From a virus (Duplodnaviria; Heunggongvirae; Uroviricota; Caudoviricetes), in the IMG/VR virus record IMGVR_UViG_3300033062_000614: DNA of 50,359 nt. The stretch is one strand, 5' to 3'. The notes under the pieces are model-generated. The model saw only the letters and a program-made list of their open reading frames with translations. It was not told the DNA's origin and searched no databases. Positions 37,616 through 45,589 of this stretch are shown piece after piece. The position numbers and the translations under genes are program-made. Every line of letters starts with the position of its first letter. The stretch's first letter is position 1.

Positions 37616-37649
37616 AGAAGGGCGGTCTGATGTTCTAGACCGCCCTTCT
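37616..37649. terminator. Bidirectional intrinsic terminator at the convergence of the two arms
   Basis: 13-bp perfect stem AGAAGGGCGGTCT/AGACCGCCCTTCT with an 8-nt loop and T-rich flanks on both strands. Confidence 0.85.
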
Positions 37650-37650
37650 T

Positions 37651-37740
37651 GTTAGGGCTATTAAGAGCTCCCTTCAGCAGCTGGAAGCAGGAGCACGTCA
37701 GCTCTTTTGAATCTTCCCAGCTTTGACGAATAGCCCTAGC
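37651..37740. ncRNA. Candidate structured RNA (about 90 nt)
   Basis: Closing stem GTTAGGGCTATT/AATAGCCCTAGC with several internal complementary segments. No ORF; no tRNA or known ribozyme motif recognised. Confidence 0.35.
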
Positions 37741-37754
37741 CCGTGGCTGGCAGG

Positions 37755-38024
37755 TTATTTTCCTTTTGAGGCAACTTTTGCAATGCAGTCAAAGCACAAA
37801 AGTTGGTCAGCTTCTTTAGAACAAGCAGAGCATACAGAGGGTTGAGCCGACAATACCTTTATGGACGTAATGTATTTTATGGGTATGCTATTAGTTACGC
37901 CCTCATCAGAATCTGCAGGCACCCTTCTAGCTCTACCTCTTGTAAATTGTAGGTGTTCTTTTGAGGAGAGTAAGACTTTGTAGATACCTCTCCCTGGTAT
38001 CTTATAGGACACCACGAGTTTCAT
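37755..38024 (-). CDS. Hypothetical protein with a C-terminal Zn-ribbon (CSAC...CFDC)
   Basis: Last gene of the - strand arm; SD present. Confidence 0.6.
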   Translation of the reverse strand: MKLVVSYKIPGRGIYKVLLSSKEHLQFTRGRARRVPADSDEGVTNSIPIKYITSIKVLSAQPSVCSACSKEADQLLCFDCIAKVASKGK

Positions 38025-38214
38025 ACTTGTCCTCCTTTCTCACATCCTCTAGAATATCACGTTGTCTCTGTGTATTACAATCTCTAGGGTCTGAATGAAT
38101 TGACCCTTGGTCTTTGTAGCTATATGCAGTAATCTGAACCTTTGTTCGTTCTATCTTTTTACCGCATATTTTGCATTTAGCAAGCCCTGTAGCTTGTTTT
38201 AAGGTAAACTCCAT
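38002..38214 (-). CDS. Small Zn-finger-like protein (PARP-type CKIC...H..C)
   Basis: AKCKICGKKI...IHSDPRDC. Confidence 0.55.
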   Translation of the reverse strand: MEFTLKQATGLAKCKICGKKIERTKVQITAYSYKDQGSIHSDPRDCNTQRQRDILEDVRKEDKYETRGVL

Positions 38215-38215
38215 A

Positions 38216-38659
38216 CTAGCCTCCTATCTTAATATCAAACTTGATATTGACAGGCTTTGATACAAAGAGCTTTACCCCGCCAAGTATTTGAGATTGTTCA
38301 AGAAAGGCTTTAACCTCTGATTCAGATTCAAACCCCATTATATTGCCTGCAACTATTAGAATAAAGTTGCTTTTAGTAAGGATAGTAACAGGGTTTTTAG
38401 ACCCTCTGGGCTTAGGTTTGTAATTGGGGTCTTGTTGTCTTTTCTTTTGAGCTGCGTAGCTATAGATTTCAGGATGAGCTACTGTTCTGAACCAAGTAGT
38501 CAAACCCGTAGCTTTTATGTCTTTGTTGAACTTCTTTTTATAAATCTCAACAAACCCAGCTTTTGTTATAGCTGGGACTCCTAGTTCCCCATTCAACTTT
38601 TTGACGCACTTTTTTGCCCAAGCTTTCTCTTCGGGCGTATGTGGTAATCCAGACATCAT
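38216..38659 (-). CDS. Hypothetical basic protein, possibly DNA-binding
   Basis: Lys-rich ORF with an SD. Confidence 0.55.
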   Translation of the reverse strand: MMSGLPHTPEEKAWAKKCVKKLNGELGVPAITKAGFVEIYKKKFNKDIKATGLTTWFRTVAHPEIYSYAAQKKRQQDPNYKPKPRGSKNPVTILTKSNFILIVAGNIMGFESESEVKAFLEQSQILGGVKLFVSKPVNIKFDIKIGG

Positions 38660-38663
38660 AACC

Positions 38664-39068
38664 TCACTTTCTTATCAGTTTATCAACCGTCAACATCTTG
38701 GGTTTATACGCTATGCTAAGCTGTGTAAACATCTTCGGGGCTAAGAACTTGCAACGCTTGAAGACATAGACACCGTTTATCAATACTCCATAGCCTTGTT
38801 GAAGCCTCATCTTGCTCTCAAAGGCTACATATTCGGGCTTCTCTTCAATAGAGTAGCCTTGCCCTGTGGTAAAGATATAAGGGGCGTCCGTTTTAGATTC
38901 TAGAAACTTCTTACGAACGTTTCTTACAATACGGCTGACCTTGACCTTTTGGACATTAAGCTCTTTTGCTAGGTCATCGGACGTCCAGACACCACCTTGT
39001 TCTAGGGTCTTGACTAGCTCTTGAGCCTTTTGGCTCATTACAAACCTTACTTTGACCTTTGACGACAT
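38664..39068 (-). CDS. Winged helix-turn-helix-like protein
   Basis: WTSDDLAKELNVQKVKVSRIVRNVR...GQGYS. Confidence 0.6.
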   Translation of the reverse strand: MSSKVKVRFVMSQKAQELVKTLEQGGVWTSDDLAKELNVQKVKVSRIVRNVRKKFLESKTDAPYIFTTGQGYSIEEKPEYVAFESKMRLQQGYGVLINGVYVFKRCKFLAPKMFTQLSIAYKPKMLTVDKLIRK

Positions 39069-39079
39069 TAAACACCTCC

Positions 39080-39553
39080 TTACATTTTTACTAACTGCTT
39101 GTTAATCCTGCTCATAGCTCCCATAACTGCATCAAACTCCGCTTCTACAACCTTTACACCTTGCGGAGTAAGGTTCTTCAACTTCAACTTCTTGGTATAT
39201 TCTTCAACCCTAGCCAAAAGAGTAAACAGATACAAGGCGTCAGAGTTTTGCTTAAACATCTGTTTAGCCATAGTAATCTTCTCAGCGGTCTCTGAAGAGA
39301 TTGTTGGGCTCTTTCTAGGCTTAGGAGATATTATAGGTAACAGTTTGACCAATATCTCTGGTCTAGGCAATCCACCAGGTAGATGGCTAAGAACAATAGA
39401 AAGGTGTATCTTCTCTTTCTTTAAGAGCTCCCCCATCTCCCTTTTATTACCTAGAATAGTAGCTTTGGCTGCTTCGACTAGGTTCATTACAACTTGTGGG
39501 TATTGTCTTTTCATTAGTATCACCTCCTTTATAGTTTTTGGAATACGTGCCAC
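39080..39553 (-). CDS. Hypothetical basic helical protein
   Basis: Coupled ORF with SD AAGGAGG; Lys-rich. Confidence 0.55.
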   Translation of the reverse strand: MARIPKTIKEVILMKRQYPQVVMNLVEAAKATILGNKREMGELLKKEKIHLSIVLSHLPGGLPRPEILVKLLPIISPKPRKSPTISSETAEKITMAKQMFKQNSDALYLFTLLARVEEYTKKLKLKNLTPQGVKVVEAEFDAVMGAMSRINKQLVKM

Positions 39554-39798
39554 ATATATTGACCATCAAGGGTTTTTACTGTGCCTAAGAAGTGCCAATT
39601 ATCATCATAGAACTTCATAGGTAGCCCTGTTCCAGCTATATTGATTTCTACCTTTTTAGTTTCCTTCTCAGGGTCAACTATGCAGTAGATAACAACATCT
39701 CCGTTTTGCTCACAAACAGAGATAGGTATAGCAGGAAGAGGAACGTCAATATATTGGTAGCCTTTAATTACTAGTGGGTATTTGTAAATTGTGTGCAT
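39529..39798 (-). CDS. Small conserved phage protein (DUF7352-like)
   Basis: TIYKYPL, EQNG and IAGTG...FLGTV...WHVF. Confidence 0.55.
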   Translation of the reverse strand: MHTIYKYPLVIKGYQYIDVPLPAIPISVCEQNGDVVIYCIVDPEKETKKVEINIAGTGLPMKFYDDNWHFLGTVKTLDGQYMWHVFQKL

Positions 39799-39965
39799 TT
39801 CTTATCCTCCTTGTCGAACTCGTTGAATAAAAGGGTTAGCCTACAAGGGTCGCAATATTTCTCAGGGTTTGTTTCTCTTATGTGACAACCGCAACGCTTG
39901 CACCTTCGTCCAAGACCATAGGTTCTTACAGGTTTGCCTGACATAATCTCTATAGTATGAACCAT
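39771..39965 (-). CDS. Small Zn-finger protein
   Basis: RCKRCGC...YCDPC. Confidence 0.5.
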   Translation of the reverse strand: MVHTIEIMSGKPVRTYGLGRRCKRCGCHIRETNPEKYCDPCRLTLLFNEFDKEDKKCTQFTNTH

Positions 39966-40407
39966 CTAGTATCATCCTCCCTTTCTGTTTAGCTCTATAC
40001 CAAAACCAATCAAGGTATATGAGTAGAAACTTATCTATACGGTTTTTATAGAGCCTGATGGCGTATTTGTGCCCATCTTCGGCTTCTTGTAAGGTTGCGT
40101 ATCTTTGACAGTAGATTTCGCAACCCCTTGGAGATAGTTTAGGAAAGACCATAGTTTCGAATATGATAGGTTTATGCTTAGGGTCAGAGTTAAAGCTATG
40201 GTCCATACCTAGCCAAACTGTAGATACATCAAGTAACCAGCTTTGGTAAAGACCTACTCTGCGATATTCATTATCTTCAAACTTTTCGCACCACTCTGCC
40301 ATAGACATAGGAGTGCCGTCCTTAGCCCAATAGCGAATACCATACTTCTTATCCATTTCTGCGAATTGTTTTCTTGCCTCTTCTGGGAGTTTGAATTTTT
40401 CTTTCAT
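39862..40407 (-). CDS. Conserved phage hypothetical protein
   Basis: VSTVWLGMDHSF...PIIFETMVF; start placed at the coupled ATG 40407. Confidence 0.55.
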   Translation of the reverse strand: MKEKFKLPEEARKQFAEMDKKYGIRYWAKDGTPMSMAEWCEKFEDNEYRRVGLYQSWLLDVSTVWLGMDHSFNSDPKHKPIIFETMVFPKLSPRGCEIYCQRYATLQEAEDGHKYAIRLYKNRIDKFLLIYLDWFWYRAKQKGRMILDGSYYRDYVRQTCKNLWSWTKVQALRLSHKRNKP

Positions 40408-40682
40408 TTTGCCTCCATATGTTTTCTTCGTGTTATCCAACTCTTAATTCCCGTTCCTTTGCGGGAAGGTTTAGGCTCTAGTATTTTTACTAAGCCTTTA
40501 AGATAAACAAGCGGTATCTTGGCTCCCCTTTCCATAATCCACTTGACGTCAGCCTCTTCGCTTAGTCCTGGAACAGCTCCTACAAGGGCGTCCTTTTCTC
40601 CTGTGATTTCGTCCTCAACTGCAACGATACCAATACAACCTACTCCCATAGGGCTGAACCAAACTCTGTCTAATACTTTCAT
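40404..40682 (-). CDS. Hypothetical protein
   Basis: Coupled ORF with an SD. Confidence 0.55.
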   Translation of the reverse strand: MKVLDRVWFSPMGVGCIGIVAVEDEITGEKDALVGAVPGLSEEADVKWIMERGAKIPLVYLKGLVKILEPKPSRKGTGIKSWITRRKHMEAK

Positions 40683-41203
40683 TTAGCCTCCTTCTTTACT
40701 TGGTTAAAGTTATCAGGTCTTTTCTCCATTTCTTTTCTTACTTGGTCTAAAGAGATAGGAGAGAACTTCCAACAATCTACTCCCACATCAAAGCTCTTAC
40801 CCCAAGGCTCTATCATACCGTGCGAGTGCCCATATAAGTGCCAAGAGCCATAATGAGACCTTGACCAAACCCGCATAGCATAGTGGCACAAGACTATATT
40901 TACATCTTTGAGGTCTATGATAGCTTTTATGTCTTCAAACAAATGAAAATATGGCATAACATTAGAATCGTGGCTACCTATAGTAAGATATTTCTTACCA
41001 TTCAACCTTTCTATAATATACCTAAGCTCCCCAAAGCCAAAGTCTCCTAGGTGGTAGATTGTATCAGTAGGTTTGACTTTCTTGTTCCAGTTGTCTATCA
41101 TAATCTCATTCATCTCAAGGGCGTCCGAGAAAGGGCGGTTGCAGAACTTGATAATGTTGCCGTGGTTGAAGTGAGTATCAGAAGTAAACCAGATATTGTT
41201 CAT
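40679..41203 (-). CDS. Calcineurin-like metallophosphoesterase
   Basis: SDTHFNH, HLGDF, GSHD (usually GNHD), LCHY, HLYGHSH and DVGVD. Confidence 0.9.
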   Translation of the reverse strand: MNNIWFTSDTHFNHGNIIKFCNRPFSDALEMNEIMIDNWNKKVKPTDTIYHLGDFGFGELRYIIERLNGKKYLTIGSHDSNVMPYFHLFEDIKAIIDLKDVNIVLCHYAMRVWSRSHYGSWHLYGHSHGMIEPWGKSFDVGVDCWKFSPISLDQVRKEMEKRPDNFNQVKKEAK

Positions 41204-41209
41204 ACATCC

Positions 41210-41371
41210 TCACTTTCTTTTGACTGAATCTGAAATATCTAAAGCTATACAGTATCCTACCAACATAGCAAGACCTACTTTGGCGCCAGAAGACATAGGT
41301 TGTGCAATCTTCCAATGGTCTGATAACAAAACTAGAAACATAAGCCCTAGAATAAAAACAACTAATCTCAT
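41210..41371 (-). CDS. Small two-TM membrane protein (53 aa, absent from the ORF track)
   Basis: MRLVVFILGLMFLVLLSDHW...GLAMLVGYCIALD...; ATGA coupling to the TIR-like gene. Confidence 0.55.
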   Translation of the reverse strand: MRLVVFILGLMFLVLLSDHWKIAQPMSSGAKVGLAMLVGYCIALDISDSVKRK

Positions 41372-41691
41372 TTGACCTCCTTTAGAAGCTTTGAGGTTGC
41401 TTCTTTGATAGAGTTAGGATTGTTTCTCTCAAAAAACTCCCATTTATCCACAACCTTCATAAGCTTCGGACTAGGCATCATACCTTCAGCTATCAATAGG
41501 TATATAGGCTTGTTGAGAGCTATAGCAAGAGTAAGTTGAAGTAGGCATAAGGGAGACTTCTCGTAGTTCTCTGTAAACAAGCTAACAAAGACTTCAGAAG
41601 ACTTGATGCCTTTGAGTTGTTTCTCGACAAACTTCTGAAGCTCTTTGCTTGCATCGTGGACTCCTCCATCTACATAATTGATATCATCCAT
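41368..41691 (-). CDS. Stand-alone TIR-like mini-domain with Gln at the catalytic Glu position
   Basis: GIKSSEVFVSLFTENYEKSPLCLLQLTLAIALNKPIYLL aligns without gaps to the TIR betaC-alphaC-betaD consensus AI..S.V.I.L.S.NY..S.WC..EL..A....KPI.PV. Confidence 0.6.
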   Translation of the reverse strand: MDDINYVDGGVHDASKELQKFVEKQLKGIKSSEVFVSLFTENYEKSPLCLLQLTLAIALNKPIYLLIAEGMMPSPKLMKVVDKWEFFERNNPNSIKEATSKLLKEVK

Positions 41692-41923
41692 TTCTTCTCC
41701 TTTTCCCCATATCCATAGTCCTTCTCCAAACCTCAGCTTTAGCCAATAAATACTTTTTCTTCCAGACTTTGTTTATTGACCTTAGCCAAAATTGGCTATT
41801 CTTTCCATAAGGAGTAAGTATGGAATCATCTGATTTTCCTAACATATCCTTATAGATACTTTGGAGAGCCTTATCATTGAGACAAGATAACCTTAACCTT
41901 CTTCGAATAGTTCTATATCTCAT
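41684..41923 (-). CDS. Hypothetical basic protein
   Basis: Coupled ORF, Arg/Lys-rich. Confidence 0.5.
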   Translation of the reverse strand: MRYRTIRRRLRLSCLNDKALQSIYKDMLGKSDDSILTPYGKNSQFWLRSINKVWKKKYLLAKAEVWRRTMDMGKRRRNG

Positions 41924-43134
41924 TTATCCTCCCTCACTCTCTTAAAGACTGGGAAACGCATACTACCGTCTTTTGTAATCTCTTGAGCTTTTACTTCAAT
42001 GATTTTTCCTATCATTGACTTTCTATGCTTCCAAAATTCAACTCTTTGGACATCCTTATACCCGCCCCCAACATCTACTAAAGTGCCATTAGGAAGCTTG
42101 CAAACAAAAGCTCCAAGCATTCCAACATACTTGCCCTCCCCTTCTTTGAAATCTACTATAGGCAAGTCTTTGGTAATTACGAATTTGAGTTTCAACCAAT
42201 CCCTAGTCCTGTCGAAAATATACAACGAATTGAGATTTTTGGCTACTGCACCCTCATAACCTTCTTTGAGGTAGGCTTTAGCCTTATCCCAAGCCTCAGC
42301 TGTATTTCTAACCTTAACATTGGGCACTAGCGATACGGAGGAGGTGTCTTTGGGAAAGAGCCTTTGTAATATATCCAACCTCTTTTCGAGCGTCCTAGAG
42401 CCTTGTTTAGAACGCCACTCCTCTAAAGACAAGAAGTCGAAAACATAGAATTTCAAAGTCTTGGAAGTCTTGCTAGTCTTTGAGGATTTTACAACAGACA
42501 AGGACTCATTCCAGTCCTCTCCATAAATCTCCCCATCAAGGACTCCCTCTTTTACAACCTTTTGGACTTCTTGACCTATGTGGTCAATGTTGAACATCTC
42601 CTTACCGTTTCGGGAGACCGCTCCAAAGAATTGACCGCCTTCGAAGATTAGGACGCACCTTAGCCCGTCATACTTAGGCTGGATAATCCAATTGGAGTCA
42701 AGAATATCTGTTTGGTCAATCTCCTCACAAGCCTCAAGCTCGAAGGTAGGTATCAGTTTTGGGAAGACTTTGTTAATACTAATCTCTGATACACCTATGC
42801 GAAGTTTCTTCTCCCACATTCCTTTTAGCCAGCGGTTTACTAAAGGGTCTTCGGTTGAGACCGTCATAGCTACTTCAAGCCTAGCTTTGTCTCCTGTAAT
42901 CTTTCGGCTGTTGAGCCTCTTCCGTAAATCGAGAAGGGAGTCAAGTCTAGGGATAGGATACTTCTCTGGCAAGGGTTTTACCTTGCCTACTCCATAGGTA
43001 AGCATAGGGCTTAATGCGGTCTCAAAATAGAACTTGGCGAACTCATCGTTTTTGAGTTTACCTAGAAGCTCTATCTTGAGGTTGGTTCCAGAGGTCTCCG
43101 AGATTGCTTCGAGTATTTTAAGGGTTTTGTTCAT
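41920..43134 (-). CDS. lig: ATP-dependent DNA ligase
   Basis: Motif I KYDGLR, LDGEI, FYVFD, EGAVAK, WLKLK, and an OB-domain ending SMRFPVFKRVREDK. Confidence 0.95.
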   Translation of the reverse strand: MNKTLKILEAISETSGTNLKIELLGKLKNDEFAKFYFETALSPMLTYGVGKVKPLPEKYPIPRLDSLLDLRKRLNSRKITGDKARLEVAMTVSTEDPLVNRWLKGMWEKKLRIGVSEISINKVFPKLIPTFELEACEEIDQTDILDSNWIIQPKYDGLRCVLIFEGGQFFGAVSRNGKEMFNIDHIGQEVQKVVKEGVLDGEIYGEDWNESLSVVKSSKTSKTSKTLKFYVFDFLSLEEWRSKQGSRTLEKRLDILQRLFPKDTSSVSLVPNVKVRNTAEAWDKAKAYLKEGYEGAVAKNLNSLYIFDRTRDWLKLKFVITKDLPIVDFKEGEGKYVGMLGAFVCKLPNGTLVDVGGGYKDVQRVEFWKHRKSMIGKIIEVKAQEITKDGSMRFPVFKRVREDK

Positions 43135-43555
43135 TGTTGACCTCCTTCTTTATTTGATAGATAGTAGCTCCTAGACTAGACAAGATTTGGACTAGCAGGG
43201 AAACGTTCTCTACGGTAAGCCTCTCCGATTTCTCAGCTAACTGGAGAACCTTACCCATAAACCACTTAATGATTTCATTGTCTAGCTTTCTATCAAGCAG
43301 TTCTTTCAACGAAAGGCTCTCCCAATTACCTTTTTCTTCTTGGGCTCTTATGTATATTCTACTAAGCAAGTCAGCCTTTTCTTCTGTTGAAGTCATTTGA
43401 AAGAGCTTTTGCTGTAGTGTAGCTATAAGTCTGAGGGTTTCCTCTTTGTGTAAGCCTATCCAAGCTGTAGGCTTACCGAAGTCTATGACAATGTTGTCGT
43501 CTTTGAGAGTTACCGCAATTAGTAACTCTCCTTCGTCATCTTTAAGCTGACTCAT
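43118..43555 (-). CDS. Hypothetical protein
   Basis: Likely start MSQLKDD after GGAGGAGGGG. Confidence 0.5.
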   Translation of the reverse strand: MSQLKDDEGELLIAVTLKDDNIVIDFGKPTAWIGLHKEETLRLIATLQQKLFQMTSTEEKADLLSRIYIRAQEEKGNWESLSLKELLDRKLDNEIIKWFMGKVLQLAEKSERLTVENVSLLVQILSSLGATIYQIKKEVNNEQNP

Positions 43556-43997
43556 CCCCCTCCTCCTTTTCCATTTCAACCTCAAACTCTGGTTTGCGAA
43601 CCCAATCAAACTTGTCTCCCTTTTGCCAGAATTGCACGATTTTGAGGTCATAACAGTTCATTGTATCTCCTACACAACCGTGAGCTGGTGGGTCTCCGTA
43701 ATGGATTGGTGGGTAGTTGCCTTTCTTATCTTTCTCTGAAATCCAATCCTTAACTACTTTAGAGAAGGCTTCGAAGTGTCTGCCCTTAAAGATTTCTTGC
43801 ATTCTATCCCAGTTGAACTCTACAAGAAATCTACTACGGCAGTCTTGGCAAGAAATCTGGACTAAAATAACCTCTTGGGCATATATGTTAGGGCTAAGGC
43901 TAGGGTTGAACTCTCCATATCTAGGAGTGCCATTGCAGTCATACCAAGTAGGCTCTTCTTTGATACGCTCTCGTATATCTGGGTAGTAGCTATGCAT
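43542..43997 (-). CDS. Conserved phage hypothetical protein
   Basis: WYDCNG.PRY..F.P, CQDC and HYGDPP.HGCVG. Confidence 0.65.
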   Translation of the reverse strand: MHSYYPDIRERIKEEPTWYDCNGTPRYGEFNPSLSPNIYAQEVILVQISCQDCRSRFLVEFNWDRMQEIFKGRHFEAFSKVVKDWISEKDKKGNYPPIHYGDPPAHGCVGDTMNCYDLKIVQFWQKGDKFDWVRKPEFEVEMEKEEGDESA

Positions 43998-43998
43998 T

Positions 43999-44169
43999 CT
44001 ATCCTCCCTTTCTTATGTTAATTTGAATATCACTAAGGGCACAAACTACAGCAAGAAATGTAAAGGCTATAGACTTGAGCCCATCAAAGAATGCGAAGAT
44101 TAACGCAAGGTTGATTGATACTACGGAGATAACCTTTAGGTAAGCTACAAAGTTTTCGCTGAGTTTCAT
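43999..44169 (-). CDS. Small two-TM membrane protein (56 aa, absent from the ORF track)
   Basis: MKLSENFVAYLKVISVVSINLALIFAFFDGLKSIAFTFLAVVCALSD...; coupled. Confidence 0.55.
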   Translation of the reverse strand: MKLSENFVAYLKVISVVSINLALIFAFFDGLKSIAFTFLAVVCALSDIQINIRKGG

Positions 44170-44316
44170 TTAATGCTCCTTTCTTTCTCTAAGCAACCCC
44201 TCAACGCCTTCGTGTTTCTCGAAAAGCTCTTTGTATGCTGGGTCTTTCTTACGCTCCTCGTCAGCAATCTTTACAAGAGCTTCAAGAGTTGATTTGATAT
44301 CTTCTTCTTTAATCAC
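44170..44316 (-). CDS. Small hypothetical protein
   Basis: GTG start 6 nt after AAGGAGG. Confidence 0.55.
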   Translation of the reverse strand: MIKEEDIKSTLEALVKIADEERKKDPAYKELFEKHEGVEGLLRERKEH

Positions 44317-44487
44317 TTTCGTCCTCCTTTGGGCGGTTTCCAATGATAGCATTCATCGCTATGGTTGTAAGACATACCCCACATACGGAACCTTATAGGG
44401 CGTCCCTTATATTCCATAGGTTGACCTTGACCCTCTTCTGGCTTCGCATCGTGAACCACACATTGGACAAGATTTTTTATTTTTCAT
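44313..44487 (-). pseudogene. Small gene apparently broken by one extra A in an A-run just after the ATG
   Basis: The span is 175 nt (58 codons plus 1). Removing one A gives a 57-aa ORF coupled at both ends. Confidence 0.4.
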
Positions 44488-44636
44488 AGTAATCTCTTTC
44501 GTCTATTACGTTCTCTTTCTGTATAGTCAGTTATTTTATTGCGTTTTATCAACTTTTTTAATCTTCCATCTTTGACCATATGACATCTACGACAAAGATA
44601 TTCCCAATCTCTTGATTTCCTCACCTCCTTCCGCAT
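44484..44636 (-). pseudogene. C-terminal remnant of an HNH endonuclease
   Basis: RDWEYLCRRCHMVKDGRL resembles the end of phage HNH proteins; the N-terminal part is missing. Confidence 0.55.
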
Positions 44637-44639
44637 AAT

Positions 44640-45128
44640 CTACTCCCTACTAAAGTAGTTTCCAAAAAGGTTATCAACCATTGAAACCCCTTCCTCATTC
44701 AATACAGGCGTTCCAAGAGTAACTTCATTTCCTTCCCTTATAATAGGCATTACCAATCCCTTAGTTCCTTTTTTATCAGTATAATTCATAATAAAGACTT
44801 CTATTCTATCTGGGTGTTGTGAAGGTCGCAAGGTCTCTTCGGTATATAAAGCAGGATGTTTAATTTTTAAACTCCAAGCCTCTGTCATAAAAATTATAGC
44901 TATAACACCCAAATCTTTAAATTTCTTCTTAATAGCATCTGCTAATTTATACTTCTCATTATCATCAATCCAATGAAAAGGAACTACAAATCTACCAGTA
45001 TTAGAAAGACCTATAACCATAGGCATAAATTTACCAGTTTCCCTGTATGTTTCCTTTGCGAATTCAAGATTTATTTGCATCTCTTTATCTCTATATTCTT
45101 TCTCTTCTGGCTTTTTAGAAAGGTTCAT
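44640..45128 (-). CDS. Hypothetical protein, paralog of 47843-48298
   Basis: Shared PMVIG, FVVPF, F(M)(T/S)EAW and PS.HPDR.E motifs. Confidence 0.7.
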   Translation of the reverse strand: MNLSKKPEEKEYRDKEMQINLEFAKETYRETGKFMPMVIGLSNTGRFVVPFHWIDDNEKYKLADAIKKKFKDLGVIAIIFMTEAWSLKIKHPALYTEETLRPSQHPDRIEVFIMNYTDKKGTKGLVMPIIREGNEVTLGTPVLNEEGVSMVDNLFGNYFSRE

Positions 45129-45349
45129 TCTATTTTGCATCGCACACTCCTTCTTGGGATACCTATTTTTACCCTGCTTACATCTTCTGCTATAAGAAAA
45201 AGAGCAACTTCTTGTTCGTGAAAAGTTAAATTCCTGTGTTTCTTAGTAAGTATTAGTAACTCAAGAAGGTTTTTCTTTGCTCTTAATAGATTTCTTTCCA
45301 AGCAAACTACATATCCCATATCTGGTTTATCCTTCTTTTTATAAGTCAT
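45125..45349 (-). CDS. Hypothetical protein
   Basis: Coupled ORF with an SD. Confidence 0.5.
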   Translation of the reverse strand: MTYKKKDKPDMGYVVCLERNLLRAKKNLLELLILTKKHRNLTFHEQEVALFLIAEDVSRVKIGIPRRSVRCKIE

Positions 45350-45587
45350 TCTTAATCTCCTCTGTTATATCTATCCTATTGGTAAACTTAATAATCCTAT
45401 ACTTTATTCCTAACCTTTTAGCCATAGCATCTGCCATAGGTATAAGACTTTTAACCCTATCCAAATCTGCCCCGACCATCGGCATCCAAGTCTTGTCAGT
45501 AGTAAGAAATCCCATAACTCCCTCACCCTTGTCGTAAGGTTGTTTATCTTTTGTTACAAACGCAAACATTGCTGTTATCTTTGGCAT
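45339..45587 (-). CDS. Hypothetical protein
   Basis: MFAF...EGVM...WMPMVGADL.R...L...A; coupled. Confidence 0.6.
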   Translation of the reverse strand: MPKITAMFAFVTKDKQPYDKGEGVMGFLTTDKTWMPMVGADLDRVKSLIPMADAMAKRLGIKYRIIKFTNRIDITEEIKNDL

Positions 45588-45589
45588 AC

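Noticed and set aside
37651-37740. tRNA gene or hammerhead ribozyme
   Set aside because: No T-loop GTTCRA or cloverleaf, and no CUGANGA/GAAA core. Kept only as an unclassified candidate RNA.
39099-39620. 173-aa + strand ORF and other short opposite-strand ORFs in the track
   Set aside because: They fully overlap coupled, SD-bearing genes on the other strand and have shadow-like composition.
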